Below are positions 8,789 through 18,261 of a DNA stretch of 64,000 nucleotides, in pieces. Positions within the stretch are counted from its first letter, which is position 1. Each line of letters opens with the position of its first letter. The position numbers were made by a program, and so were the translations under genes. Location of the stretch: the NCBI GenBank assembly GCA_963663385.2, contig CAXXXD010000002.1, forward strand, positions 64,001-128,000. The letters are read 5' to 3'. This DNA comes from Oceanispirochaeta sp. (GTDB lineage: Bacteria > Spirochaetota > Spirochaetia > DSM-2461). A model generated the notes under the pieces. That model did no database searches. It saw only the letters and a program-made list of their open reading frames with translations, and was not told the origin of the DNA.

Positions 8789-9705
8789 AATTCCACCAAC
8801 TCGTTTAACTCCCCGTCTCCCGGAAAGGGAGGAATAATCAATTCGTTGCTTTTTTCTTTAAAACTCCTGACAACGGATAGGCATAAATCTTCCAATGCTT
8901 TAATCAGGGGCGTTTTCCCTTTCAGGGAATCCAGATCCAGCCAGCAGAGCTGTATAATTTTCTTTTTGTTTGCCGGTATAAGGCTGAAATCGTCGTATTT
9001 AGAAATTTCCACAGCAGCAATATCAAACAGTGGTCTGTATATCTCCATAAGATCATCTACCAGACACATATTGTTTGACCTGTTTATATGATGGATACCC
9101 AGAGCAGGTTGTAAACCGCAGGAACAGACCGCACGTGCTGTCATTCCTCTCAGTACTCCATATCCGTAATTTAATAAGGAATTAATCCCCGGCTCGTTTA
9201 TATCCCTTTTGAAGGTTCCTTCAAACAGGCTTTTCCAATACACCCGAGCGGCATAGGCTTCGTTATTTTCCTTATCACCGGATTTAACCTGTTCTGCAAT
9301 ATGGAGTAAGGTTTTGTAATCATCTTTCTTATAGAAGCTTAGTATCGCGGCCTGATTCCGGATTTTTGTCTGAACGATTATTTTCCACATCTGCTTTTTT
9401 AAAGGCAGAGACGCATCAATTTGATCCAGTAATCTTCCGGTATATTCAAAGTGGGAGCTGTAAGGCAGGAGAAATGATGCGGGATTGTAGTTTTTGCCGC
9501 ATAGTATGGCCATGCCGCCCCGCTCATTTATACGTGTCAGTATCTCCTTTGAGAAACTAACACCTCTGGCTGTAACAAGAAGAACGGCAATATCGTCCAG
9601 CGGCACTTCGGCCAGTTTTTCCCTGGCTTTGGATATCTTTAAAAATCCTCTGTAAGCGGATAAATATGTCCCTTCTTCCGAGATTTCAACGACTTGTCTG
9701 AGCAT
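8779..9705 (-). CDS. cas1: Type II CRISPR-associated endonuclease Cas1
   Basis: VPLDDI, KIRNQ, SGD..N.EA.AARVYW, INSLLNYGY, LGIHH, LVDDLMEIYRP. Confidence 0.96.
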   Translation of the reverse strand: MLRQVVEISEEGTYLSAYRGFLKISKAREKLAEVPLDDIAVLLVTARGVSFSKEILTRINERGGMAILCGKNYNPASFLLPYSSHFEYTGRLLDQIDASLPLKKQMWKIIVQTKIRNQAAILSFYKKDDYKTLLHIAEQVKSGDKENNEAYAARVYWKSLFEGTFKRDINEPGINSLLNYGYGVLRGMTARAVCSCGLQPALGIHHINRSNNMCLVDDLMEIYRPLFDIAAVEISKYDDFSLIPANKKKIIQLCWLDLDSLKGKTPLIKALEDLCLSVVRSFKEKSNELIIPPFPGDGELNELVELCF

Positions 9706-9712
9706 AGTCTAC

Positions 9713-12700
9713 TCATGTCCTTTCCCTCCCGTCTGCTGTGATATGAACTTTCGAAACCAGATAAGTTTGAAAAACTTGGTTTATCGAATTCCAATTTTGA
9801 CCTTTCTGTGGCTTCCAAATATCATCTTTTATAATAATATTCGTATGTTCATTCCAATCTTTCAAGTTTGTTGCGTTAAAAACAGTTGAAAAATCAATTC
9901 TATTTGTTGTTGCAGCATATCCTTTGATTATAGAGTAATGTGTTTTATTTTCTTCATCGATAATTTTTACAATATCTTCTTTATATAAAGACATTATTTT
10001 CTTTGCTGCCGGATGTGGGCAAGGTGATTTGAATTTCTCATCCTGTGCTTGAACACGGTTTACAAAATACCCTTTATATTCTGTTTTTTTCTTATTCTTA
10101 TGCGGAGGAATGGCCCAGATATCTACATACAGATAATCATTAGGTAAATAGGCTTTATTCTTGTTCACAGAATTAATTCGTACAGCGTTTTCCGTATTAT
10201 CCGGCATTATTCGTACTCGGCGAATTTTGTGTTTTTCTCCAAACAGCTGTAAAGCTTCCTGCAGCATTTTGGCATTCAGTTCAGATACTTGTATTTCGTT
10301 ATAAATTTTCAACTTGATCTCTTCGTCCCAGATTCTGGCAACCTCTGTTGCTTTCAGATCTTTTAAAGCCTTACGTGTAACATAAGTCGGAACCAGACAG
10401 ATTGGACCTTCCGCATCATTATCGGAATGCCATTTTTCAGCCATTATTTTTCTGGCTTTATTTATTCCTAGTTCCCGGACATAATCCTTGAACTCTCTCT
10501 TAAGGGAACGGCTTTCAATCTGATTAATATCATCAATAGTTTTGAATTTATCGAATCCTCTTCTTGTCTGTTTTAACTTCATACCAAGGGCTGTCTCATT
10601 AAAAAGCTTACCCTGTCTACCATGATCCAGCTTATGTGAGACGATGATCTTTTTTACCTGTTCAGTTACATCCCTCACCAGAAAGGGACTTGCAGGTACG
10701 ATTATATCTTCCGGTCTTTGTAGAATTGCCTCATTGGCAAGTCGTTTAATCGTACTCCTGTCTGTTAACGCAATTACAAGGGCATCAATACTGTGATGCC
10801 TATGATCCGTTCTGTTTTTGTGCCAGTTGCTGCGATGATTACTTAATATCGTGTTATATCCCCAGCGAGCCCGCAGCATGGCAGTCTGGCCGCCTTTTAT
10901 TGTCCAGATCTTGTTATAAATACAAATGGCAGAAAGGTATTCTTTTGATTTTCTTGACAGATAGGCATTATCTGTAAGCTGCCGGTCCATAAATCCGGCT
11001 TTTTCTTCCCACTCATGTAAAGCTCCTTTCAAAAAGAATTTGCTTTTGTTATTGGGTAGATGGGAGGAGCGCTCTACTATTTTATCGTAGTTAAAATCAT
11101 CGTGACAGGCTGAAAAAGCTTCATCTGGTGTACGATTTCCCTTAAAAGCATTGCATCGTTTATGGGACACCGTCAGATTATTCATACTGTTCATCAGAGT
11201 CCTTGAGTAGGGTAGTATATGTTCGATTTCAACATCCGGACTGAACAGTTGAGAAGCACTTATAGGTTTGCCGCAGTAAACACATCTGCGAGTAACTCCC
11301 TCAGGGGCCAGTTCTTCCCAGAGTTTGTATTTCTTTATATCCCAGGAACTGGGATGCCCTATTCCTAATGATTTCAGTTGATTATAGATTCGATCATTAT
11401 CAAGTTTATTCTTTTTCTGCCTGTTGAAAGCATCCATTTTATTGTCCCGGCTCATTTTTAATTCCCTGGACAATTCAAGCACTATTTCATCCGGGTTTCC
11501 AAAACGTTCAATCAGGCAATTTACCAGCTTCCGAAGCTGATTAAGGGCTATATGAACCGTTGGATTTCCAATTTTTCCATAGAGAATTTCGGGATCTCTA
11601 CTAAGGGATTCCGGTTTCCCGCCAATAGTACTGCCTTTCAGAATCTCACCATAATAGGGAAGTCGTTTCTTCAACTCTTCTTTGTTTCTGAAATCACTGT
11701 GATGAAGCCCCATCATTTTAACTGCTTCATGATAAGGCAGGCCTTTTTTCTCCATAATGAGGGAGCATTCATTCATAAATTCTTTTGATAAATTTGTTGT
11801 TCCGGAAGAGAATGTCTGGTTCAAAATTTCTTCAACCATATCTGAATCAAGATTGTACTCACTAAGAAAGTTTTTAATCGGTTCATCAGAATTACTTTCA
11901 ATGAGGAGCTCGATTAACTCATCCTGTTTTTCAAGTGCAATATCATCCCAGTATTTACCCATCACTTTTCGCATTGAAAAGGCGGTTGAGTTACCGTTTA
12001 GTTTTTCATCTGCTCTTTTTTCAAGGTTGAAACGGTTATCTACTTTCAGTAAAGACCGAATTTTATTAAAGGCAACTGTTTTGGCCTTATCAAGAGCTTG
12101 AATAAGGATCCTTCTCTGTCCATTAGTTAACCTGGTTTTGCTGCCATCACTATTTATCAGTTCAAGGTTATTCACTTCCTGAAGTATTCTGAATCGATGA
12201 CTGACAGGAAGGGCTTTATGGGCTCTCTCCTTATCAATATAAAACTGACACTTTCCTCTTTCCTGTGGTTTTAATGGTCTTTGAAAGAATATAATATCAT
12301 AGAGCAGATCCCAATCCAGTTGAGGATAGGAAGGTTCCTGAATATTCCGCAGAGAAAGGAATTCCTCTTCATATAATTTACGATCAGGATACTGATTTGA
12401 TATTTCAGGGCGGAATCGTATCCCTTTGCACTTCCCATCAACTCCCAGACTGTGAAACTCTTCTCTTTTCTTATATAAAAACTCGCCAAATGTTCTAGCA
12501 TCTGATTCATCAAGAGCATTCTGGAGATTCGATATCTTCAGGTAGTTCCCTTTGGTTTCAGCATCACCAGACTTTTCTTCTTTCCGGTTGCTTTTGAAAC
12601 CTCTTCTTTTGGCCAAATGAGCAATTGCACGGCATAATTCCTGACCATTCAATACTCTGTCCAGACCCTCTTTCCTGACTAAATAGGGATCTATACGTTT

Positions 12701-12991
12701 TATCTGTGCAGATTCATCTTGATCAATTATTCCAGAGCTAATAAAGAAACCATATACTTTTCTTATTTGTCGGTTTCTTCTGTCTCTTCTCTTTCGCATC
12801 TGACGGGCATTTCGTCTTTGAACGGCTAAGGAATCTCCGACACGTCCCTCTGCAGCCGGTTCTCTTCCATCAGAAAAAATTCTGACTCCCATATCCAATA
12901 TTTCAAGAGGTATACTGTCATCGGTTATTTTTAGAGCACACCATCCGATTGAATTCGTTCCAAGATCCAAGCCCAAGCGCCATTTATCCAT
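9713..12991 (-). CDS. cas9: Type II-C Cas9 (~1092 aa; alternative GTG start at 12997)
   Basis: RuvC-I LGLDLGTNSIGW, Arg-rich bridge helix, RRGFKSNRK, RuvC-II IVLELSRE, HNH CVYCG..EIEHILPYSR..N..KGN, RuvC-III HRHHSIDALVIA; no csn2 or cas4 in the locus. Confidence 0.97.
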   Translation of the reverse strand: MDKWRLGLDLGTNSIGWCALKITDDSIPLEILDMGVRIFSDGREPAAEGRVGDSLAVQRRNARQMRKRRDRRNRQIRKVYGFFISSGIIDQDESAQIKRIDPYLVRKEGLDRVLNGQELCRAIAHLAKRRGFKSNRKEEKSGDAETKGNYLKISNLQNALDESDARTFGEFLYKKREEFHSLGVDGKCKGIRFRPEISNQYPDRKLYEEEFLSLRNIQEPSYPQLDWDLLYDIIFFQRPLKPQERGKCQFYIDKERAHKALPVSHRFRILQEVNNLELINSDGSKTRLTNGQRRILIQALDKAKTVAFNKIRSLLKVDNRFNLEKRADEKLNGNSTAFSMRKVMGKYWDDIALEKQDELIELLIESNSDEPIKNFLSEYNLDSDMVEEILNQTFSSGTTNLSKEFMNECSLIMEKKGLPYHEAVKMMGLHHSDFRNKEELKKRLPYYGEILKGSTIGGKPESLSRDPEILYGKIGNPTVHIALNQLRKLVNCLIERFGNPDEIVLELSRELKMSRDNKMDAFNRQKKNKLDNDRIYNQLKSLGIGHPSSWDIKKYKLWEELAPEGVTRRCVYCGKPISASQLFSPDVEIEHILPYSRTLMNSMNNLTVSHKRCNAFKGNRTPDEAFSACHDDFNYDKIVERSSHLPNNKSKFFLKGALHEWEEKAGFMDRQLTDNAYLSRKSKEYLSAICIYNKIWTIKGGQTAMLRARWGYNTILSNHRSNWHKNRTDHRHHSIDALVIALTDRSTIKRLANEAILQRPEDIIVPASPFLVRDVTEQVKKIIVSHKLDHGRQGKLFNETALGMKLKQTRRGFDKFKTIDDINQIESRSLKREFKDYVRELGINKARKIMAEKWHSDNDAEGPICLVPTYVTRKALKDLKATEVARIWDEEIKLKIYNEIQVSELNAKMLQEALQLFGEKHKIRRVRIMPDNTENAVRINSVNKNKAYLPNDYLYVDIWAIPPHKNKKKTEYKGYFVNRVQAQDEKFKSPCPHPAAKKIMSLYKEDIVKIIDEENKTHYSIIKGYAATTNRIDFSTVFNATNLKDWNEHTNIIIKDDIWKPQKGQNWNSINQVFQTYLVSKVHITADGRERT

Positions 12992-13025
12992 ACTCACCTC
13001 TTGTTTTTATAGTAATCAGTGAGTT

Positions 13026-13054
13026 ATTTTAAACCTGTTTTAATTGACAATCAA
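13026..13054 (-). promoter_or_regulatory. Putative sigma70 promoter of the cas operon
   Basis: Minus strand TTGATT-N17-TAAAAT upstream of the cas9 SD. Confidence 0.6.
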
Positions 13055-13072
13055 ATAGTAAACGAATAAGAT
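13044..13072 (+). promoter_or_regulatory. Putative sigma70 promoter of tracrRNA
   Basis: TTGACA-N17-TAAGAT; predicted +1 near A13079, the start of the anti-repeat. Confidence 0.75.
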
Positions 13073-13078
13073 TAAATC

Positions 13079-13188
13079 AGCACATTTGGAAATGCGGTTC
13101 ATCCGCTAACAAGGCGAACCCGTTAGGGCACCGCCACAAAATGCACAGTTAACTGTGGAAAAGGCCTCCTGCGGGAGGTCTTTTTTTT
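13079..13188 (+). ncRNA. tracrRNA
   Basis: Anti-repeat AGCACATTTGGAAATGCGGTTCATCCGCTAAC (13079-13110) complementary to the repeat with 3 G-U pairs, 1 mismatch and 1 bulge; then AAGGCG..CGCC nexus-like stem, CACAG-TTAA-CTGTG hairpin, terminator. Confidence 0.92.
13159..13188. terminator. Intrinsic terminator, probably bidirectional (tracrRNA and convergent OMP gene)
   Basis: AAAA-GGCCTCC-TGCG-GGAGGTC-T8. Confidence 0.85.
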
Positions 13189-13202
13189 ATTAAAAGGATT
13201 AC

Positions 13203-13697
13203 TTAAAACACATACCTCACCCCAAAGGATGAGGCCAGATAAAAACCGAAATCATTCATAAACTGCAGCCCGGGAGTAGCCTCGATATAGAGGTTCAGGG
13301 GCACTTCATCAAACGTATACTCCCAGCGGACTGTGGCGCCTGCAGCCATACTGAACTCGTCATCAAAATCGCAGTATAGAGCCGGTCCCATAGAGAGGGG
13401 GAAAATTTCATCTCCCATATTTATATTCACAATGGTAAACAGAAGATTGGCACCCATGGCAAAATCACTATTGAAGTGGGTTCCAGCAAAAGCATTGGCT
13501 TCCAGATAGTTGGCCAGCCTGTAGCCGAATGTTAAGCCGAAGGGGTAGCCGATAGCCAATCCGGCTTTTGCCCTGCCTTCCAGATCCTCTGTGCTGAGGC
13601 TGAGTTCCGGTATCTCTTTATCTTCGTAGCGATTGTCGTTGGCAAACAGCCCTGCCGTCAGGATAAAAAGAAAAATCAGTATGAGAATCTTCTTCAT
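13203..13697 (-). CDS. Small exported protein, probable outer-membrane beta-barrel (DUF3996-like)
   Basis: Signal peptide MKKILILIFLFILTAGLFA, GLAIGYPFGLT, amphipathic strands, PLNLYIE..PG, C-terminal GVRYVF. Confidence 0.65.
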   Translation of the reverse strand: MKKILILIFLFILTAGLFANDNRYEDKEIPELSLSTEDLEGRAKAGLAIGYPFGLTFGYRLANYLEANAFAGTHFNSDFAMGANLLFTIVNINMGDEIFPLSMGPALYCDFDDEFSMAAGATVRWEYTFDEVPLNLYIEATPGLQFMNDFGFYLASSFGVRYVF

Positions 13698-13767
13698 TAT
13701 GTGATCTCCCGTTAAATATTCAAAGCATCCGCTTATGCAATGCACCGGTTTATAATATAATAAATTT

Positions 13768-14724
13768 ATGGAAAAAGTCATCCTGATCTTCATAGACGGT
13801 GTCGGAATCGGAGCCGACGACCGCACGCGGAACCCCGTTATAGACCTCTTTAAGGGAATTGATTCCGGGATTCGGCTGTGCGAAGGATCTTTTCCCAGTG
13901 AATTCCCCGGTGGATACGGTTTTCCACTTGATGCCTGCCTGGGGGTGGATGGGATTCCCCAGTCCGCTACAGGCCAATCTTCCCTGTATACGGGAGTAAA
14001 TGCCCAGGCTTATCTGGGCTACCACCTGAATGCCATGCCCAACGATGCGCTAATCCATCTGTTGTGTAGGGAAAGTCTGCCCGTCCATATGAAACGGAAC
14101 GGGATCCGCTCACGGAATGCCAATCTCCACAGTTCGGCCTTTTTCGGGCAAAGGAGGAGCGGGCACAGGAATCGCTTCCCCGTTTCCACAATTATGACTT
14201 TTGCCGGAAAGACATCCTTTGTTTTTGAAAAGGAGTATCGGAAGGGGCAGGGTGTTTATATGGATATTACGGGAAAACTGATGCGGGAGAGAGGCTTTGA
14301 TATCCCTCTGATTACCCCCCTGGACGCGGCGGAGCGTTTATGCCGGATGACAGGGAATGAGGATTTTATCTACTTTGAGTATTTCCTGACCGACCGCTGG
14401 GGGCATAAACGGAACCGGGAAATTCTGGATTCCTGCCTGGACGACCTTATCCCCTTTCTGGGCGAATTAAGTGGTTTGACCCGGGAAAACAATATTCATC
14501 TGCTTGTATGCAGTGATCATGGCAATGCCGAAGATTTTGATACAGGCGATCATACCAGGAACCCCGTGCCATTCCTCTATATCCCGTCTTTCTGTTATCC
14601 TGCAGAAAAACGGGACGCCCTGCTGAAAAATCCCCCTGAAAAGATAACGGATGTCTGCAATATGGTTAAAAACATCTATAATATTAAAATAGATAACAAT
14701 ATAAAAATCCGGGAGAAGAAATAG
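13768..14724 (+). CDS. Alkaline-phosphatase-superfamily metalloenzyme (phosphoglycerate mutase/phosphopentomutase-like)
   Basis: IFIDGVGIG, PQSATGQ, TD..GH, SDHGN, HTRNPVP. Confidence 0.8.
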   Translation: MEKVILIFIDGVGIGADDRTRNPVIDLFKGIDSGIRLCEGSFPSEFPGGYGFPLDACLGVDGIPQSATGQSSLYTGVNAQAYLGYHLNAMPNDALIHLLCRESLPVHMKRNGIRSRNANLHSSAFFGQRRSGHRNRFPVSTIMTFAGKTSFVFEKEYRKGQGVYMDITGKLMRERGFDIPLITPLDAAERLCRMTGNEDFIYFEYFLTDRWGHKRNREILDSCLDDLIPFLGELSGLTRENNIHLLVCSDHGNAEDFDTGDHTRNPVPFLYIPSFCYPAEKRDALLKNPPEKITDVCNMVKNIYNIKIDNNIKIREKK

Positions 14725-15630
14725 ATGCCGCAAAGTATAAGCCGATCTGTCCGAAATGTAACTCTGGTTGGTATGATACTGAATATTCTTCTGGCAGGTG
14801 TGAAATTTGCTGTCGGACTGATCGGGAACAGTCAGGCTGTTCTGGCGGATGCCTTTCACAGTTTATCCGACCTGATTACTGATGTCGCCGTATTGGTCGG
14901 AGTAAAATTCTGGGACCCCCCTGCCGATGACGATCATCCCTACGGGCATAAGAGAATCGAATCTATTGTAACCTTTTTTATCGGGATACTTCTGGCTTAT
15001 GTGGGGTTTGAACTGCTCCTGAATGCCGTTTCTTCCATTTCCGAGCCCCCTGATCCTTCCCGGGCCACACTTCTGGTTGCTCTTATCGGACCGGCCCTCA
15101 GTATTGCAGGGAAGGAAATAGTCTTCCGTTATACAATCAAAGTGGGGAAAAGGGTTCACTCCTCGGCGGTTGTTGCCAATGCCTGGCACCATCGCTCCGA
15201 TGCCATCAGTTCCCTTCCGGTTCTGGTGGCTGTTCTGGTGGCAATTGTATTTCCGGAATGGCAGTTTGTGGATGCTGTAGGTGCAATTATTGTTTCCGGT
15301 TTTATATTCAAGGTTGCTTTTGAAATTATAAAACCGGCCTTCTTTGAGCTGACCGACAGGATGGTGGACCGGGAGCTGCTGAAGGTAATCGAGAAAACAG
15401 CCCTTGAAATCGATGGAGTCTGCTCCATTCATAAAACACGGACCAGGCGGTCCGGAGATGCCACTCTGGTGGATATGCATGTTCAGGTGGACGGGGAATT
15501 AAGTGTACGGGAAGGGCATGATATCTGCGAAACTGTCAAGCATACGATTATACGGCAGTGCAGTGAAGTCGTGGAAGTTCTGATTCATCTGGAACCTGCC
15601 TATACCGGTGTGTGTGAGGAAGGGGAGTGA
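14725..15630 (+). CDS. Cation diffusion facilitator (FieF-like) transporter
   Basis: ADAFHSLSD, HPYGHKRIE, AWHHRSDA, C-terminal HVQVD..H..IHLEP. Confidence 0.92.
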   Translation: MPQSISRSVRNVTLVGMILNILLAGVKFAVGLIGNSQAVLADAFHSLSDLITDVAVLVGVKFWDPPADDDHPYGHKRIESIVTFFIGILLAYVGFELLLNAVSSISEPPDPSRATLLVALIGPALSIAGKEIVFRYTIKVGKRVHSSAVVANAWHHRSDAISSLPVLVAVLVAIVFPEWQFVDAVGAIIVSGFIFKVAFEIIKPAFFELTDRMVDRELLKVIEKTALEIDGVCSIHKTRTRRSGDATLVDMHVQVDGELSVREGHDICETVKHTIIRQCSEVVEVLIHLEPAYTGVCEEGE

Positions 15631-15660
15631 TGAATGAAGAGAATCAGACTGTTGAATTAT

Positions 15661-15689
15661 TTGACTTTCAAGAGGTCTTCTTTTAAGCT
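15661..15689 (+). promoter_or_regulatory. Putative sigma70 promoter for cupin-nfo
   Basis: TTGACT-N17-TAAGCT. Confidence 0.55.
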
Positions 15690-15719
15690 GAGCTCATAGT
15701 AGCAGGACAGGAGGCAATT

Positions 15720-16067
15720 ATGTCGATTCTGAAAAATAAAGATATGAAGGCTGTGGAAATCAATATGGAAGCGGCGAAAAACGTACTCAAACAGACTGCC
15801 ATTTCCCCGAAAGAGGGCTGGGACGGCTGGGTTATGCGTATTTTTACCCTTAAAAAAGACGGGTTCACACCAAAACACACCCATGACTGGCCTCATATAA
15901 ACTATATCATAAGTGGAAAGGGGACCCTCTTTATTGATGGGGAAGAACGACCTGTTGCTCCCGGTGATACCGCTTATGTTAAAGGCGGAGAGCTGCATCA
16001 GTTTAAAAACGGGGGAGAGGATGATTTCTCTTTTATCTGTATTGTTCCGGAAGAAGGGGATAAATAG
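15720..16067 (+). CDS. Cupin-domain protein
   Basis: TPKHTHDWPHINYIISGKG and GGELHQFKN motifs; SD AGGAGG. Confidence 0.88.
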   Translation: MSILKNKDMKAVEINMEAAKNVLKQTAISPKEGWDGWVMRIFTLKKDGFTPKHTHDWPHINYIISGKGTLFIDGEERPVAPGDTAYVKGGELHQFKNGGEDDFSFICIVPEEGDK

Positions 16068-16115
16068 GGGACCCGGGCTCTGTGCTTCCCGTAGGAAGGA
16101 CAGTCAGGAGATAAT

Positions 16116-16958
16116 ATGAAATTCATAGGCCCTCATGTCAGCATAGCGGGAGGCGTTGAAAATGCGCCTCTGAATGCCAGAAAGATCGGAGCCACAGGTT
16201 TCGGAATGTTTACCAAAAACCAGAGGCAATGGAAGGCCAGACCCCTTGAGGAAGAGAGCATCCGGACGTTCCGGGAGAACCTGAAAGCCGGAGGTTATAC
16301 GGCGGACTGTGTTCTGCCCCATGATTCCTATCTGATCAATCCGGGACACCCGGAAGCGGAAAAACTGGAGAAATCCCGGGATGCCTTTCTGGATGAAGTA
16401 CAGAGGGTGGAACAGCTGGGGCTGAAATACCTGAACTTCCACCCCGGCAGCCATCTAAAAACCATTGAGCCTGAAGCCTGTCTGGACAGGATTGCGGAAA
16501 GTCTGAATCTTACCATCGATCAGACGGAATCTGCGGTACTGCTGATTGAAAACACGGCCGGACAGGGGTCCAATATGGGCAGCCGCTTCGAGGAGATCGC
16601 CCGGATTCTAGAGGGAGTAAAGGATAGGTCCCGTGTGGCAGTCTGCCTGGATACCTGTCACCTCTTTGCTGCCGGCTATGATCTGCGTACTCCCGAATCC
16701 ATGGACAGGGTCTGGGAAGAATTTGATCGACTGATAGGATTCGAATTCCTGAAAGGGATGCATCTGAACGATGCCAAATCGGAGTACGGAAGCCATCTGG
16801 ACCGGCATCACAGTCTGGGGCAGGGGACTATCGGCTGGGGGGCGTTTGAACGGATAGCCGCTGACTCACGGTTTGACGGGATTCCTCTGGTGCTGGAGAC
16901 GATTGATGAGGGCCTCTGGCCGGAGGAGGTTGTGAGGCTGCTGAGGCAGTCCGGTTAG
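16116..16958 (+). CDS. nfo: Endonuclease IV (AP endonuclease)
   Basis: IGPHVSIAGG, FTKNQRQW, HDSYLIN, FHPGSH, IENTAGQG, CLDTCH, HLND, DRHH, LET. Confidence 0.95.
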   Translation: MKFIGPHVSIAGGVENAPLNARKIGATGFGMFTKNQRQWKARPLEEESIRTFRENLKAGGYTADCVLPHDSYLINPGHPEAEKLEKSRDAFLDEVQRVEQLGLKYLNFHPGSHLKTIEPEACLDRIAESLNLTIDQTESAVLLIENTAGQGSNMGSRFEEIARILEGVKDRSRVAVCLDTCHLFAAGYDLRTPESMDRVWEEFDRLIGFEFLKGMHLNDAKSEYGSHLDRHHSLGQGTIGWGAFERIAADSRFDGIPLVLETIDEGLWPEEVVRLLRQSG

Positions 16959-16973
16959 GATAAAGGAACATGG

Positions 16974-18083
16974 TCATTGCGGAAGATCCGGATCAATAAT
17001 TTCTATCTTATAGCAGTTTCGTCCGGATTTCTTTGATTCATATAGAGTCTCGTCTGCAATTCTTATAAGGTCCTGTTTGCTTACGGTTCTGATCTTTTTA
17101 ATAAAGGCCGTACCCGCAGATACTGTCACTCTTGAGTAGGGACTTTTTTTATGAGGGATATTCAGTCTTTCAAAATCTTCTATAATACGGGATGAGATTT
17201 CTTCCGCTATGTCCCTGTTGGTGCAAGTCAAAAGCAGTGAAAACTCCTCTCCCCCGTACCGGAAGGCATAGTCCGTGCTCCTCCTGATATTATTCCTCAG
17301 AACCTCTGCAAATTCCTGAATCACAATATCACCGGCCTGATGCCCGTACGTATCGTTGTACTGCTTGAAATAATCCAGGTCTGCCATAATAAAGGCGGCA
17401 GAACACTCTCTGTCGCTCTGGCGATAGTAGAAATCAAATATACTATCCATATAGCGTCTGTTATAAAGCTGTGTGAGGCTGTCGACTAATGTTTCCTGTC
17501 TGAGTTTCTCCATCGTCGTTTCAAGTTCTGCTTTTGTCTGCTGTCTTGAGGATTCGTGTATACAGACGAAAACCGTTACACAAAGGTAACTGAAAAAGAA
17601 ACGGAACAGAAATCCATCGGGGTAGGGTGAATAATGGGGGATGTAATTTCCAAAAACTGCTATCAGGACAGATATAAATGCAACAAGTAATGATAGAGTC
17701 AATCCGCCTTTAATCCCGAAGTAAAAGATTGAAACAACCGGGATGCAGTAATACCAGAGAAAAGACTGGTTTCTGCCCAATCCAAGAGTAAAAAAGATCA
17801 GGAAAAATAGTATGGTTATTGAAACAAAGCTTATGATGACTTTTCTAAGGAAAATATTCAAACGGGCAAGGATAAACAGGGTTGTCATTATTAAGAGAAG
17901 AGCCGAATCCAGTATGGCAAGCAGCATTTCCTTTTCATAGAAGGCAAAGGAACTCAAGATGAATAAAAATAGAATCCCGGGTGTTATGACAAAATAAAAC
18001 ATCACTTTATAACGGATATAATCATCCGTCATAGAGATGTTTTCATGGTCGTCAAAAAAAAGTTTCTTGAGCCGGTTCTTCAA
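16974..18083 (-). CDS. Membrane-anchored diguanylate cyclase
   Basis: Several N-terminal TM helices, DSLTQLYNRR, DLDYFKQYND, RSTD I-site, RYGGEEF; TTG start after GGGAG. Confidence 0.9.
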   Translation of the reverse strand: MKNRLKKLFFDDHENISMTDDYIRYKVMFYFVITPGILFLFILSSFAFYEKEMLLAILDSALLLIMTTLFILARLNIFLRKVIISFVSITILFFLIFFTLGLGRNQSFLWYYCIPVVSIFYFGIKGGLTLSLLVAFISVLIAVFGNYIPHYSPYPDGFLFRFFFSYLCVTVFVCIHESSRQQTKAELETTMEKLRQETLVDSLTQLYNRRYMDSIFDFYYRQSDRECSAAFIMADLDYFKQYNDTYGHQAGDIVIQEFAEVLRNNIRRSTDYAFRYGGEEFSLLLTCTNRDIAEEISSRIIEDFERLNIPHKKSPYSRVTVSAGTAFIKKIRTVSKQDLIRIADETLYESKKSGRNCYKIEIIDPDLPQ

Positions 18084-18100
18084 ATACTACTCCCGAATAA

Positions 18101-18129
18101 ATTATAGGATATACGTTTCAGACAGTCAA
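18101..18129 (-). promoter_or_regulatory. Putative sigma70 promoter of the DGC gene
   Basis: Minus strand TTGACT-N17-TATAAT. Confidence 0.7.
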
Positions 18130-18261
18130 AAATGGCATCTTCCTCCGGTATTGCTCCAGAGGATATCAGATAGATTAACATCATTATTACAGGTTTGCCA
18201 CCAGGAAATTTTCCGGGGAACCGCGGGGCGAAATCCATGGTTCCGGGACCAATACGGAACA

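Noticed and set aside
18130..18261. c-di-GMP-I riboswitch (GGCAAACC on - strand)
   Set aside because: No GNRA stem or GCAAA partner motif, and it lies upstream of the predicted promoter
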